In this document: piece after piece, positions 8,733 through 17,808 of the stretch | How positions within the stretch are numbered: the first letter of the stretch is position 1 | How the letters are laid out: each line of letters starts with the position of its first letter | Source: Deltaproteobacteria bacterium | GTDB lineage: Bacteria > Myxococcota_A > Polyangia > DRWM01 > JAAZOP01 | Assembly (NCBI GenBank): GCA_016218815.1 | Contig: JACRCX010000097.1 | Coordinates: 25,566 to 89,565 of the forward strand | Direction: 5' to 3' | DNA length: 64,000 bases | Made by a program: the position numbers and the translations under genes | Notes under the pieces: model-generated | Seen by the model: only the letters and a program-made list of their open reading frames with translations | What the model was told of the DNA's origin: nothing | The model's database searches: none

Positions 8733-10206
8733 CGTCCCGGCGGTACACTTGCGGATTCATCTCGTAGCCCGGCCAATTGGTGATCTGCACTTCGGTCATC
8801 GTCGGAAGATGGAAAGCGTAGATGTCCTGCTCGCGATCGCGGGCGTGCGTCGGGTCGTCGCCCCCTCGCTGGTCCTCGTACACCACCCACGGTCCGTCCG
8901 CGTCCAACTCCTCGCCCTGCATCGAATCCCCCGCGATGACGAGAGCCTGCTCAGTGCCGGTGGCGAGGTCGAATCCGTAGACGTCGGTGGAGCAGGGGGT
9001 GAACGAGTCGCACTCCGGATGATGGCGCTGATCCAGCCACGCAATCCAGGACGAGGCGAGGACGGGATACCACAGGTCCGGATACCACAGGTCGGCTGAC
9101 GCTTCGGCGAACCGGAGACGTTCGCCGGTCAACACGTTGGCGCCGACAATCCCCCTGCCGAACGGGTCGGCGGTCGGCGACCCGCCCCACGCAGCATCGA
9201 AGACGGCCAGCCCGTCTTCCAAGTCGACATGGAAGGTGGATCTCCAAAGCCGCGCGGAAGTCGTCGGATCGAGGTTCAAGTTGATGTTCTCCCCCGTTTC
9301 GATGTTCGTCGCGAGCGCATCCCACCGGTGGCTGGTTCCGTCCGGTGGCGCGACGGGAACCTCGCGGTTGTCGGCCCAGACCACCCACGGAGCCTCCAGG
9401 CTGACGGAGATGATCGAGCAACCGCTATGGTCGCCTGCCGGGATGCGGGAATCGCTGCTCGTCAAGGTCCTATCCTCGCCGGACTCCAGATCGAGGAGCC
9501 CGACGAGGCAATGCTCGACGTCGCTCGTGGGCCGCCAACCCCAGGAGTACGCTACCAGAGCGCCCTCGCTGGACGGGAACGCGATTGTGGCGGTCGAGCC
9601 CACCGGAGTCAGCGCGGGATGGACCAGCCGCGAGCAGCCTGTCGAACGGCGGTATTCCCACAAGCAAGACCCGATATACTCCGCACTTCCCGCCCCAGAA
9701 GAAACCGCCCCGCTCACGACGATGCGGTCGCCGTCCCCGGAGAAGTACCACGCGTAGTACTCGTTTTCCCAGACCGTGATCCGGGTACAGCTCACGCCCG
9801 GCGACGCGCCCGGCCGCGTCTCCCCTGATGAACGATAGAGGCAGGGACCCGCGTCCGGATCCACGTCGGTCGTCTCGCCCGCGTCCCCGTCCCGGACGTC
9901 GCCCTCGACGCCGTCCGCGGAGTCGCCATCACCCACGCGATCGACCGCGACGTCGGTGGCCTCCACCTCCTCGGCGACATCAGATGCGTCGCCGCAGGAA
10001 TAGGTGCACCGGCACCGGCTGTCGAGGCAACCCGCAGAACACATCCCGGCCGCCACGCACAGAGTGGCGCACGACGCGGGCGTGCATGCCCCATCCGCGA
10101 TGGTCGAGTCGGGTGCGGTTGACGACGGGCACCCGCATGCGGTGTGAAGAGCGACCAGAACCGTGACGCTCCCAAGAAGCCAGCTACTGTTTGCGCGCGA
10201 TCTCAA
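8629..10206 (-). CDS. Lipoprotein with Cys-rich head, acidic linker and TolB-like beta-propeller
   Basis: Hydrophobic leader ending HTACGC; VVWADNR, IAWLDQR and VVYEDQR blades with DVYGFDL and DIYAFHL; TTG start inferred. Confidence 0.75.
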   Translation of the reverse strand: MRSRANSSWLLGSVTVLVALHTACGCPSSTAPDSTIADGACTPASCATLCVAAGMCSAGCLDSRCRCTYSCGDASDVAEEVEATDVAVDRVGDGDSADGVEGDVRDGDAGETTDVDPDAGPCLYRSSGETRPGASPGVSCTRITVWENEYYAWYFSGDGDRIVVSGAVSSGAGSAEYIGSCLWEYRRSTGCSRLVHPALTPVGSTATIAFPSSEGALVAYSWGWRPTSDVEHCLVGLLDLESGEDRTLTSSDSRIPAGDHSGCSIISVSLEAPWVVWADNREVPVAPPDGTSHRWDALATNIETGENINLNLDPTTSARLWRSTFHVDLEDGLAVFDAAWGGSPTADPFGRGIVGANVLTGERLRFAEASADLWYPDLWYPVLASSWIAWLDQRHHPECDSFTPCSTDVYGFDLATGTEQALVIAGDSMQGEELDADGPWVVYEDQRGGDDPTHARDREQDIYAFHLPTMTEVQITNWPGYEMNPQVYRRDDGSYGVLLAFELDRRSEIYPVWDCDLPEPGSGGR

Positions 10207-13200
10207 GCCTGTTCCCGTCCCAGCGGACCGACCACGGCGCGACGTCCACCACGCCCTCGACCCACGCCGGAACGTCGTGCCCGCCGGCCGCGACCCACGT
10301 CCCGTCCGGCAGCTCGGCGACGACGGACGACCGCCGCCCCGGTCCGTCAGCATAGACCAATCCGCCCTCGGCGACCATGTCCTTCGCGAACCCGATCGGA
10401 ACCGATCCTGCCAGAACGGGCGCGACTCCGTTCCGGAAGTCGATCACGTCCAGCAAACCGAGGATGTTGAGGTACACGCGGTCGTCGTCGTAGGCTGCTG
10501 CCATCCTGCCGAAGGCGCCGCAAGCCCCTGTCGCGTCGCACAACCTGTCCATCCCGGCGTCGAACCCGGAGCACTCGTGGCCCCACGTCACGCTCGTCGC
10601 GTGCCGGCCCGGGACGATTCCCACCGTCTGGAGCACCACTGGCGCCGCCGGATCGGTCACGTCGACCACGAGGATCGAACGGAGGCCGACGACGTAGGCG
10701 AGCGGCCCGTCGACGAACACGCGCCGGGCCTGCCCGCACGTCGGGACGGTGCTCAGGGGGAGACCGTCGGCGAAGCCGTAGATGGAGACCCCCTCACCGT
10801 CGGCGACCAGCGCCGCCTCCCAGGTCGTCGCGACATCGCGTCCTGCGCGCGCCAAGTTGATCGATTGCAGCCACTCCAGACGCCCGTCCGCGTCGAACAC
10901 GTAGCTGTCAACGGTCCGGTCATGGAGCGCCACGATCCCCGCCTCGTGCGGGGCGACGGCGCGCAGCCCGGGCATCGCGTACTCCCAGACGCTCGTCCCA
11001 GGCGCCACGGGCGTTCGGCAGGCCAGTTCCCCTGCGTCGCAACGCAACCGGCCATACGACGGGAACCCGTCGTCGCCCGCCCCGCAGCGCGCACCGAACA
11101 ACGCATCTGGAGCCGTATCGCCGTCGCAGTCGGCCCCGGACTCCTCCTGGGCCTGTTCGCTCTTGCTCCGCCACGCGCCGCCCTCCAGCACCCATCCATA
11201 CTCGCCGTTCGTCCCCACCCCGCGGCTGGCGATGACGGTGACCTGCCCCGTGTGGGGGTCGACCACGAGCGTCTCTTTCCCGGTGACGACCGGGCAGCCC
11301 GTTCCGGAACACGCCGCGGCAGCCTGCGACCACCGACCGGTCCCGATCTCGAAGGCCCACAGGTCGGTCAGCGGGCGGTTCGCCGCATCGAGCCCGCCAA
11401 AGACCAACAGGCTGTTCGTCCGCGCGTCGTAGGTGACCGCAGGGCTGGATCGCACGGGCATGCTGGCCGCGACTGCCGGTACCAGCTCGGCTGCGCCGGT
11501 GTCGAGGCTCACGCGATAGACGTCCGCGACCGGCCCGGACACGTTCCGCCCGCCGGCGAGCCAGAGGTTCCGGCCGACCTGAACGCTGCCGGACTTGGTC
11601 AAGCCGCCAGAGGCCGGCGGAAGATACCCGACCTGACGCCAGCCCGACGGCCACGGACCGGTGCTGGAGGAGATGGCCCCGGCCGGCTTGATCGCTGTCG
11701 CCGTCTCGTCGTAGATCCAGATGTCGCTGAGAGGTCCGGTGGCGCCTTCGCCGCCGACCAGGATCAGCTTGCCCGCGGCCTCGCGGACGCCGTCCGGTGG
11801 CGGCTTGAGGCCGAGCGCGACTTCGGACTTCGGGCACACGTTCTCGCACCCACCGATCCCGCCCGGCGTCCCGCCCGTCGTGGCGACTCCGGTGCACGCC
11901 AGCGCGGCCCCGGCTCGCGCGTCCGGCCAGGCGCCCGTGCGACGCACCGGGGCGAGCTCGTAGAATACGCTCGCCGGGTCCGGCTGGGCACCCTTGCTCA
12001 GAGGCACCGCCAAGCCTTCGTTCCCGACGTACTTGACCGCCCCGGCCTCGTCGATCACGGCAAGCCTTCCCGTCCACATTTGCTCGCTGAATTCGCCGCC
12101 CGCGCCCACGCCGCCGAAGGTCCAGTAGCGGGTCGGATCGCCGTTCTGGTCGTAGGCGAAGGCGATGCTCGCCCGCTTGAGGTCGAACAGCTCGGTGGTC
12201 GCCAGCTTGGACCCGAGCACCCAGCCGAGGTTGTTCCCGTCCTTGGTCCAACTCGTGACGGTGAGCCCGGCGACCTGATCCCCGGAAACCTCGAACAGCA
12301 GCCCCTCCAGCCAGTCCGGGCACATCGCCGCCCAGCAAGGCAGGTCGATGATGTCAGCCAACGACCACGTGTTGGGAGAGATGCCCCCCAGGTCCTCGAT
12401 GTCGAGCGGACCCGGCAGACCCTCGCCGCCGCCGAACGGCGGGCGGAATTCATCCGGGGGCAGCGTGATCATCACGTCCGCATTCGTGAAGTACCACGCG
12501 GTGTAGGTATTGCCATGATCATCCACGAAAGGATCCGTCATCCATGCCGGGACTTCCTCGGGTTTGAACCACATCTGCACCTGCTGCGTGCAGTCGTCCG
12601 TCATTCCGCCGCAGAGCTGGTCGATCCAGTACCACGTCTGCTCGGTCACCCGATCCGTGGCGGCGTCGGTTCCGGCCGGCCGCCAATACGAGGCCCGTCC
12701 GCTCTGGGTGAACGGAGTCGCGGCGCGCCCAAGGCCGGGGTCGCCGTAGTACAGCGGTCGGTAGGGGTACGTGACGTAGTCGTGAACGGGATCGTCGTCC
12801 GTGACGTCGGCCCATGACCCGCTCGCTTCGCCGTCGGGCGGGCAGGTAAGGTCGAAGCATGTGGTATCGATTCCCCTGACGGCGAGGGAGTACTGGCTCG
12901 GGTCGCAGCTACATCCGCGCGCGCGCGTACGCAGGTTGACCATCGGCGCGGCGGTCAGGTCCGAGCCGACGGGGCAGACGGAGGCGGTGATGGGCTCACG
13001 GTCGCCCATGCCCCAGTAGTCCCCGCGCGGCAGGGCGAGCTCGGGCTCGTTGTGCGTCGCATCGGTGCCGCGGCAGGAATCAACGCAGGGAGTCGGGTCA
13101 CAGGCATCCCCGAGGCCCTTTGCCACCGGAGTCGGTGGGTCCGCCAGAACGCCGTCAGCCAGCTCGTCCCGGGCGTTGCAGTTCCACTGGTCGCTGTTCG

Positions 13201-15181
13201 CGACGGCCTCGCAGTTGTCGCAGCGGGCCCCGACGCGGTCGGCGTCGGCATCCTGGGGATGATGGGCCATCCAGAAGAAGTTGTTCATGTCGTCGGCGCA
13301 CATCCCCGACGAGCCGCCGGAAGCGGTGCAGGAGGACGGGTCGGGCAGGCCCGGCGCGTACCCCGGGTACTTCATCGAGGGGCACAGGTCGCAGGAGTCA
13401 GCGAGATCGTCGCCGTCCCGGTCGCCGGGAACCGCGATGCCATCGCCCGGCGACTGGTTGTAGTGCGACGACCAACGCGGTGGGACCGTGTCGGTCCGGC
13501 GCAGGTTCGGGCACAGGTCGCACGCATCTCCCAGGTAGTCGCCATCGAGATCACCCCCGCTGGACACGCAGAGAGTGGGGCAGCCGTCTGCCGCGTCCGC
13601 TGCACCGTCGCAGTCGAGGTCACTTTCGAACCAGAACCGCGGGGTGGGCCGCCCATCCGGCAGGGACCCCAGCGTTGCGCCGGTGTACTCGAACCGCGCG
13701 AACGTCGACCGGTCCAGCGAGACCAGCGGGCCGGCAAGCATGTTCCACCACTGTCGGCTCGCACCCGCACTCCCCTCGAGGAACCGTGCCGCCATCAAGT
13801 CGGCGGGGACGGGGACGGTTGCCCCGCACGTGCCGTCTGGCCCGCGCAGGACGCAGATGCCCGAACAGCCGTATCGCAGGCAGTCGAAACCGAAGACGTC
13901 GTCGACATGGTGTTCCAGCATGTTCAATTCCCGCCGGGGATCCGTCTCCCGCGGCAGGAAGTTGACGTACATCTGAAAGAGCTGAGCGGCGCCATCGAGG
14001 AAGAGGAGGACCTGGTCACGCACCTGACCCTGCATCTCCGCAAGGTCATCGTTGCGCATGGAGATGATGAGCCCGGCCAACGGCCCGAGCAGGATCGACA
14101 GCAGGGTCGCAGCCCCGTCCGAGACGGACGCACCGAAGTTCCAGCTCATGTGGAAGCCATCGAAGTCCTGCGCGTCGAGGCGGACCATGCTCAGGTTCTT
14201 GTTCGTCCATTCGGATGTCGGCTCTCCCGGGGTTTCGACGAATCCCTCCCACGAGGCCGAGCTCGGCGCTGCCTGCTCGGCACAGGGTCCGGCGGGACAG
14301 TGATAAGCACCTGACTCGAACACGCTGAGGAAGTGCGCATCGAGTCCGCTCCACTCGATGTCTGCCAGGTTGTTGATGTCCCAATCAACTCCACCCACGT
14401 CCACCTCACCGGACACGCCGAAACTCACGTCGGCGTGGACCCCGATATCGAGCGCGGGGCCGGGGTGCGTCGGGTCCGGAGACTCGACCCAATTCGCCTG
14501 GAACCGGTTGAACGTCAGCCGCGCGGTGGAAATGCTCACACCCTGAGCGGCGGCGATCGCGTCCAGCAACGCGGCGATGTTCCCAAGTGGCCGGCACGGG
14601 GCAGGGAGAGAACACGGGAGACCCACGTAGCCCAGCAGACACCCGGCGCCGCAACCCGCGGAGTAGATGTCGTCGAGTTCCTCGAACGAGGCCTCGAAGA
14701 TCGGCGCGGAACCGCTGCGCGACCAGCCGGCAGTCGTCTCGAGCGCACCCGATGGACCTGTGGACGCAAGCATCGCGTCGGCGTCTGCCCACACCTTCAG
14801 CGTCTCGGCCACCACGTCGATTTCGATGCGGATGGAGTTGAGAACGGCATTCAGCCGCGTGGTCATCTCCGCCCTGGCGTAGTTCTGCGACCCGGCTGGC
14901 GCCCATTCCGACCGTCCATCGGCGGTGCGCACGGCCAGGATGCTCGGGTCGTCGGGGAACACCCAGTTCTGCAAGCCTCCGATCGAGATCGGCACGGCGG
15001 GGATCGTCATTGTGCGACACGCGCCCGAGCCGAGGATGAGCAGCCCGGCCAGCGCGAGCCTTCGGAGGATAGGCAGAATCCTCCGGTTCGCCAGGAGCCT
15101 CCCGCCCGTCTTCGAGAGATAGGTGCGGTGGGCGGTGCGCCGTCCGAGGGAATCCGACAAGGAACGCGTGCAGCCTGCCAT
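10184..15181 (-). CDS. Giant exported protein (1665 aa): unknown N-terminal domain, thrombospondin type-3-like repeats, Kelch repeats, LVIVD-like propeller
   Basis: ATG at 15181 after GGAGGAGG; leader LALAGLLILGSGAC; DLDGDYLGDACDLCP-type repeats; YWTFGG, LILVGG, LWLAGG and LLVFGG blades; ILVVDVTDPAAP. Confidence 0.85.
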   Translation of the reverse strand: MAGCTRSLSDSLGRRTAHRTYLSKTGGRLLANRRILPILRRLALAGLLILGSGACRTMTIPAVPISIGGLQNWVFPDDPSILAVRTADGRSEWAPAGSQNYARAEMTTRLNAVLNSIRIEIDVVAETLKVWADADAMLASTGPSGALETTAGWSRSGSAPIFEASFEELDDIYSAGCGAGCLLGYVGLPCSLPAPCRPLGNIAALLDAIAAAQGVSISTARLTFNRFQANWVESPDPTHPGPALDIGVHADVSFGVSGEVDVGGVDWDINNLADIEWSGLDAHFLSVFESGAYHCPAGPCAEQAAPSSASWEGFVETPGEPTSEWTNKNLSMVRLDAQDFDGFHMSWNFGASVSDGAATLLSILLGPLAGLIISMRNDDLAEMQGQVRDQVLLFLDGAAQLFQMYVNFLPRETDPRRELNMLEHHVDDVFGFDCLRYGCSGICVLRGPDGTCGATVPVPADLMAARFLEGSAGASRQWWNMLAGPLVSLDRSTFARFEYTGATLGSLPDGRPTPRFWFESDLDCDGAADAADGCPTLCVSSGGDLDGDYLGDACDLCPNLRRTDTVPPRWSSHYNQSPGDGIAVPGDRDGDDLADSCDLCPSMKYPGYAPGLPDPSSCTASGGSSGMCADDMNNFFWMAHHPQDADADRVGARCDNCEAVANSDQWNCNARDELADGVLADPPTPVAKGLGDACDPTPCVDSCRGTDATHNEPELALPRGDYWGMGDREPITASVCPVGSDLTAAPMVNLRTRARGCSCDPSQYSLAVRGIDTTCFDLTCPPDGEASGSWADVTDDDPVHDYVTYPYRPLYYGDPGLGRAATPFTQSGRASYWRPAGTDAATDRVTEQTWYWIDQLCGGMTDDCTQQVQMWFKPEEVPAWMTDPFVDDHGNTYTAWYFTNADVMITLPPDEFRPPFGGGEGLPGPLDIEDLGGISPNTWSLADIIDLPCWAAMCPDWLEGLLFEVSGDQVAGLTVTSWTKDGNNLGWVLGSKLATTELFDLKRASIAFAYDQNGDPTRYWTFGGVGAGGEFSEQMWTGRLAVIDEAGAVKYVGNEGLAVPLSKGAQPDPASVFYELAPVRRTGAWPDARAGAALACTGVATTGGTPGGIGGCENVCPKSEVALGLKPPPDGVREAAGKLILVGGEGATGPLSDIWIYDETATAIKPAGAISSSTGPWPSGWRQVGYLPPASGGLTKSGSVQVGRNLWLAGGRNVSGPVADVYRVSLDTGAAELVPAVAASMPVRSSPAVTYDARTNSLLVFGGLDAANRPLTDLWAFEIGTGRWSQAAAACSGTGCPVVTGKETLVVDPHTGQVTVIASRGVGTNGEYGWVLEGGAWRSKSEQAQEESGADCDGDTAPDALFGARCGAGDDGFPSYGRLRCDAGELACRTPVAPGTSVWEYAMPGLRAVAPHEAGIVALHDRTVDSYVFDADGRLEWLQSINLARAGRDVATTWEAALVADGEGVSIYGFADGLPLSTVPTCGQARRVFVDGPLAYVVGLRSILVVDVTDPAAPVVLQTVGIVPGRHATSVTWGHECSGFDAGMDRLCDATGACGAFGRMAAAYDDDRVYLNILGLLDVIDFRNGVAPVLAGSVPIGFAKDMVAEGGLVYADGPGRRSSVVAELPDGTWVAAGGHDVPAWVEGVVDVAPWSVRWDGNRLEIARKQ

Positions 15182-15256
15182 CGTCGTGCCTCCTCCGCGC
15201 CCCCACGGGCGCCGCCGTCTTCGTGGCCTGCCGTCTTGCGGCGGACGGCTTGGCGG

Positions 15257-15272
15257 AGCGAAGGCCGTGCCA
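15257..15272 (-). promoter_or_regulatory. Sigma54 (-24/-12) promoter for the giant-protein operon
   Basis: TGGCACGGCCTTCGCT versus consensus TGGCACG-N4-TTGCW, correct GG-N10-GC spacing, about 75 nt upstream of the ATG. Confidence 0.7.
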
Positions 15273-15326
15273 TGCGTGCCTGCTTGCGATTTCGGCGGCT
15301 TGCGCGGAACAGACCCTGCCGGCCGA

Positions 15327-15375
15327 GGACATCCTGTCCCCTGCCTGCAACGCGATCGGAACTTCCGTCCCCTGC
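15327..15375. promoter_or_regulatory. Candidate upstream activator sequences
   Basis: GGACATCCTGTCCCCTGC (containing the GGACA-N3-TGTCC palindrome) and GGAACTTCCGTCCCCTGC, 31 bp apart, 55-100 bp upstream of the -24 box. Confidence 0.45.
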
Positions 15376-15575
15376 GCGGTCCCGACGTCGGACATCGGCA
15401 AACGGACGTGCCCATCCCGCTCACCGATGACCACACCTGCCTTCCAACGCGATGGAGCAGCGCCGAACCATCGAGTGCCCGCGGCCGCCGGGGGCTCAGG
15501 GCGGAGCGGCCACCGCCGGAATCCCCGCGGTCCCTCGGTTCCGGAGGACGGCAAGCGTGGACAAGTCCCAGCGCC

Positions 15576-16370
15576 CTACCGCCCAAGGTCCGGAAAAACC
15601 TCGACCAGCCGCGCCAGCCGCGCCGCGGCGTCCGCGGGATGCCGCCCGCTCGCCGTCCGCTCGGCACGCAGCATGAGGTTGCGCGGCGTGACCTCGCCGC
15701 CGGCGAAGTCCACGGCGTCAACGCGGTAGCCGGCGGCCTCCAGGCGCAGGAAGCGGGCGGAGTCGAGCAGCGCGTCGCCGACCCGCGCCCGCAGGCGGCC
15801 CGAGGGCGGCAGGCCGAGGGCGTCGAAGCCGCGGCCGAGCTTCGGATGGCAACACGGCACGCAGAGCACGTAGCGCACGTGCGACCGGACGGCGCGAGCC
15901 AGGAACTGGTCCGTCGCCTCGCCGCACGCGTGCAGCGCCCACGCGACGTCGATCCGCGGCGGCAGGGGAACGTCGGCCAACCGCCCGGCGTGGAACTCCA
16001 TGTCGTCCAGGCCCAGGTTGCGCGCGATGCGCCGGCAGGTCGTGATGCGGTCCGCCGACTCGTCGACGCCGACGATGCGGGCGCGCAGGCCCAGCCGGGG
16101 CAGCAGCAGCGTCTTGGCCACGAACGAGAGCACCGACTTGCCGCAGGCGCCGTCCAGTATCGTCAACGGGCGCGACCGCGGCGCGCCGCGCAGCGCGAAC
16201 GCGATCTGCTCGCCGAACCGATGCACCTCCAGCGACTTCTTGCGCTCGCGCCGCCCGAAGCTCGCAACCTCCTCCGCCGCCCGGATCCGTTCCGCTTCCG
16301 CGAGGACCTCCCGCTCCGTCGGCAGCTCCGCCGTTCCCGGCGGCCGGATGCGGTACCTGGCGATGCCCAT
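15576..16370 (-). CDS. SAM-dependent methyltransferase (Methyltransf_32-like)
   Basis: ILDGACGKS, GVD, ALHACGEATD, VPCCH and TPRNLML motifs. Confidence 0.85.
   Translation of the reverse strand: MGIARYRIRPPGTAELPTEREVLAEAERIRAAEEVASFGRRERKKSLEVHRFGEQIAFALRGAPRSRPLTILDGACGKSVLSFVAKTLLLPRLGLRARIVGVDESADRITTCRRIARNLGLDDMEFHAGRLADVPLPPRIDVAWALHACGEATDQFLARAVRSHVRYVLCVPCCHPKLGRGFDALGLPPSGRLRARVGDALLDSARFLRLEAAGYRVDAVDFAGGEVTPRNLMLRAERTASGRHPADAAARLARLVEVFPDLGR
15580..15646. repeat. Direct repeat, right copy (current 3' end of the methyltransferase gene)
   Basis: Matches 6512-6578. Confidence 0.92.
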
Positions 16371-16391
16371 CAACGCTCCGCCATCTTCCGG

Positions 16392-16460
16392 ATCCGAACC
16401 GCGGGCTTCAGCCGCGGGCTGAAGCCGGCACAGCCGCGGGCTGAAGCCCGCGGTTCGGAT
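16392..16460. repeat. REP-like palindrome (GCGGGCTTCAGCCC family)
   Basis: atccgaaccgcgggcttcagcc ... ggctgaagcccgcggttcggat inverted arms; a second copy lies at 35754-35821. Confidence 0.85.
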
Positions 16461-16492
16461 GGCTGCGCGCCGTCCCCGGCTCCGATCGTCGA

Positions 16493-17638
16493 TCAACCCT
16501 TCAGCATGTGGCTCGAGATCACCAGCCGCTGGATCTCGCTCGTCCCTTCGTAGATCTCGGTGATCTTCGCGTCGCGGAAATGACGTTCGACCGCGTACTC
16601 CTTCAAATAGCCGTAGCCGCCGTGGACCTGGATCGCCTTGGTCGTGAGCTTCATGCACATCTCGGCCGCGAAGACCTTGGCCATCGCCGACTCCTTGCTG
16701 AACGGCCGCTTGTGGTCCTTCAGGAACGCGGCGCGCAGCGTGAGCAGCCGCGCCGCCTCCAGCTCGGTCCCCATGTCGGCCAGCATGAAGGCCACGGCCT
16801 GGTGCTGCGCGATCGGCCTGCCGAAGGTCTCGCGCTCCTTGGCGTACGCGAGACTCTCGTTGAGCGCGGCGGCCGCGATGCCCAGCGCCTGCGACGCGAT
16901 GCCGATGCGGCCGGCGTCAAGCGTGGTCATGGCGACCTTGAAGCCCATGCCGCGCTCGCCCAGGCGGTGGGAGACGGGGAGCTTCACTTCCTCCATGCAG
17001 ATCGAGGAGGAGTGCGAAGCACGGATCCCCATCTTGATCTCCTTGGGGCCGACGCTGACGCCGGGGTGGTTCTTGAGCGGGAGCAGCACGGCGCTGACGC
17101 CCTTGTGCCGGAGCTCCTTGTCCTCGGTGGCGAAGATGATCGCCCAGTCGGCGTTGGGCGCGTTGGTGATGAAGATCTTCTCGCCGGAGAGGATCAGCTC
17201 GTCGCCGACCTGCCGCACGGTGGTACGCATCGCCGCCGGGTCGGAGCCGGCGCCGGGTTCCGTGAGGCCGAAGCACCCGAGCTGCTTGCCGGCGGCCAGC
17301 GGGGTCAGGATGTCCTTCTTCTGCCCGTCGGTGCCGTACTTGAAGAGGGGGTCGCACACGAGCGAGTTGTTGACGCTCATGATCACGCCGGTGCCGGCGC
17401 AGGCGCGGGAGATTTCCTCCATCGCCAGCACGTAGGTGACGTAGTCGAAGCCGCTCCCGCCGTACTCGGGGGGGATGGCCACGCCCATCAGGCCCAGCTC
17501 GCCCATCTTGGCCACGAGGTCCGCGGGGTACTCGGCCTTGTCGTCCAGCTCCTTGGCCCGCGGCGCGACCTGCTCGTCGGCGAACTCGCGTGCCATGCGC
17601 TGCACGGCCAACTGGTCCTCGGTGAACTCGAGCTTCAT
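16493..17638 (-). CDS. Acyl-CoA dehydrogenase (short-chain/butyryl-CoA type)
   Basis: CFGLTEPGAGSD, GRIGIASQALG, QVHGGYGY, IYEGTSEIQR. Confidence 0.95.
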   Translation of the reverse strand: MKLEFTEDQLAVQRMAREFADEQVAPRAKELDDKAEYPADLVAKMGELGLMGVAIPPEYGGSGFDYVTYVLAMEEISRACAGTGVIMSVNNSLVCDPLFKYGTDGQKKDILTPLAAGKQLGCFGLTEPGAGSDPAAMRTTVRQVGDELILSGEKIFITNAPNADWAIIFATEDKELRHKGVSAVLLPLKNHPGVSVGPKEIKMGIRASHSSSICMEEVKLPVSHRLGERGMGFKVAMTTLDAGRIGIASQALGIAAAALNESLAYAKERETFGRPIAQHQAVAFMLADMGTELEAARLLTLRAAFLKDHKRPFSKESAMAKVFAAEMCMKLTTKAIQVHGGYGYLKEYAVERHFRDAKITEIYEGTSEIQRLVISSHMLKG

Positions 17639-17808
17639 CGGTTGCGCCTCCTGTCGCCGTCGAGCGCCGGCGGCGGTAGCTGCGTGGCGACCATCGGCCG
17701 GCGATGGTAGCCGCGCGGTCGCCGGATGTCCACGCCGCCGGAAGTTGCGCGACGGCGGCCGGAACGCGTATGGTCGCGACCCCACGGGGGGGAGGGAGAA
17801 GCGAGTCC

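Larger units (their letters stand above)
6512..15646. mobile_element. Putative genomic island inserted at the 3' end of a methyltransferase gene, no integrase visible
   Basis: Flanking 67-bp direct repeats duplicating a gene end, accessory gene content, visibly more A/T-ending codons than the neighbours (qualitative). Confidence 0.7.

Noticed and set aside
15182..15721. 5' extension of the 1845-aa ORF
   Set aside because: Overlaps the methyltransferase and the promoter region; the ATG at 15181 has a strong RBS
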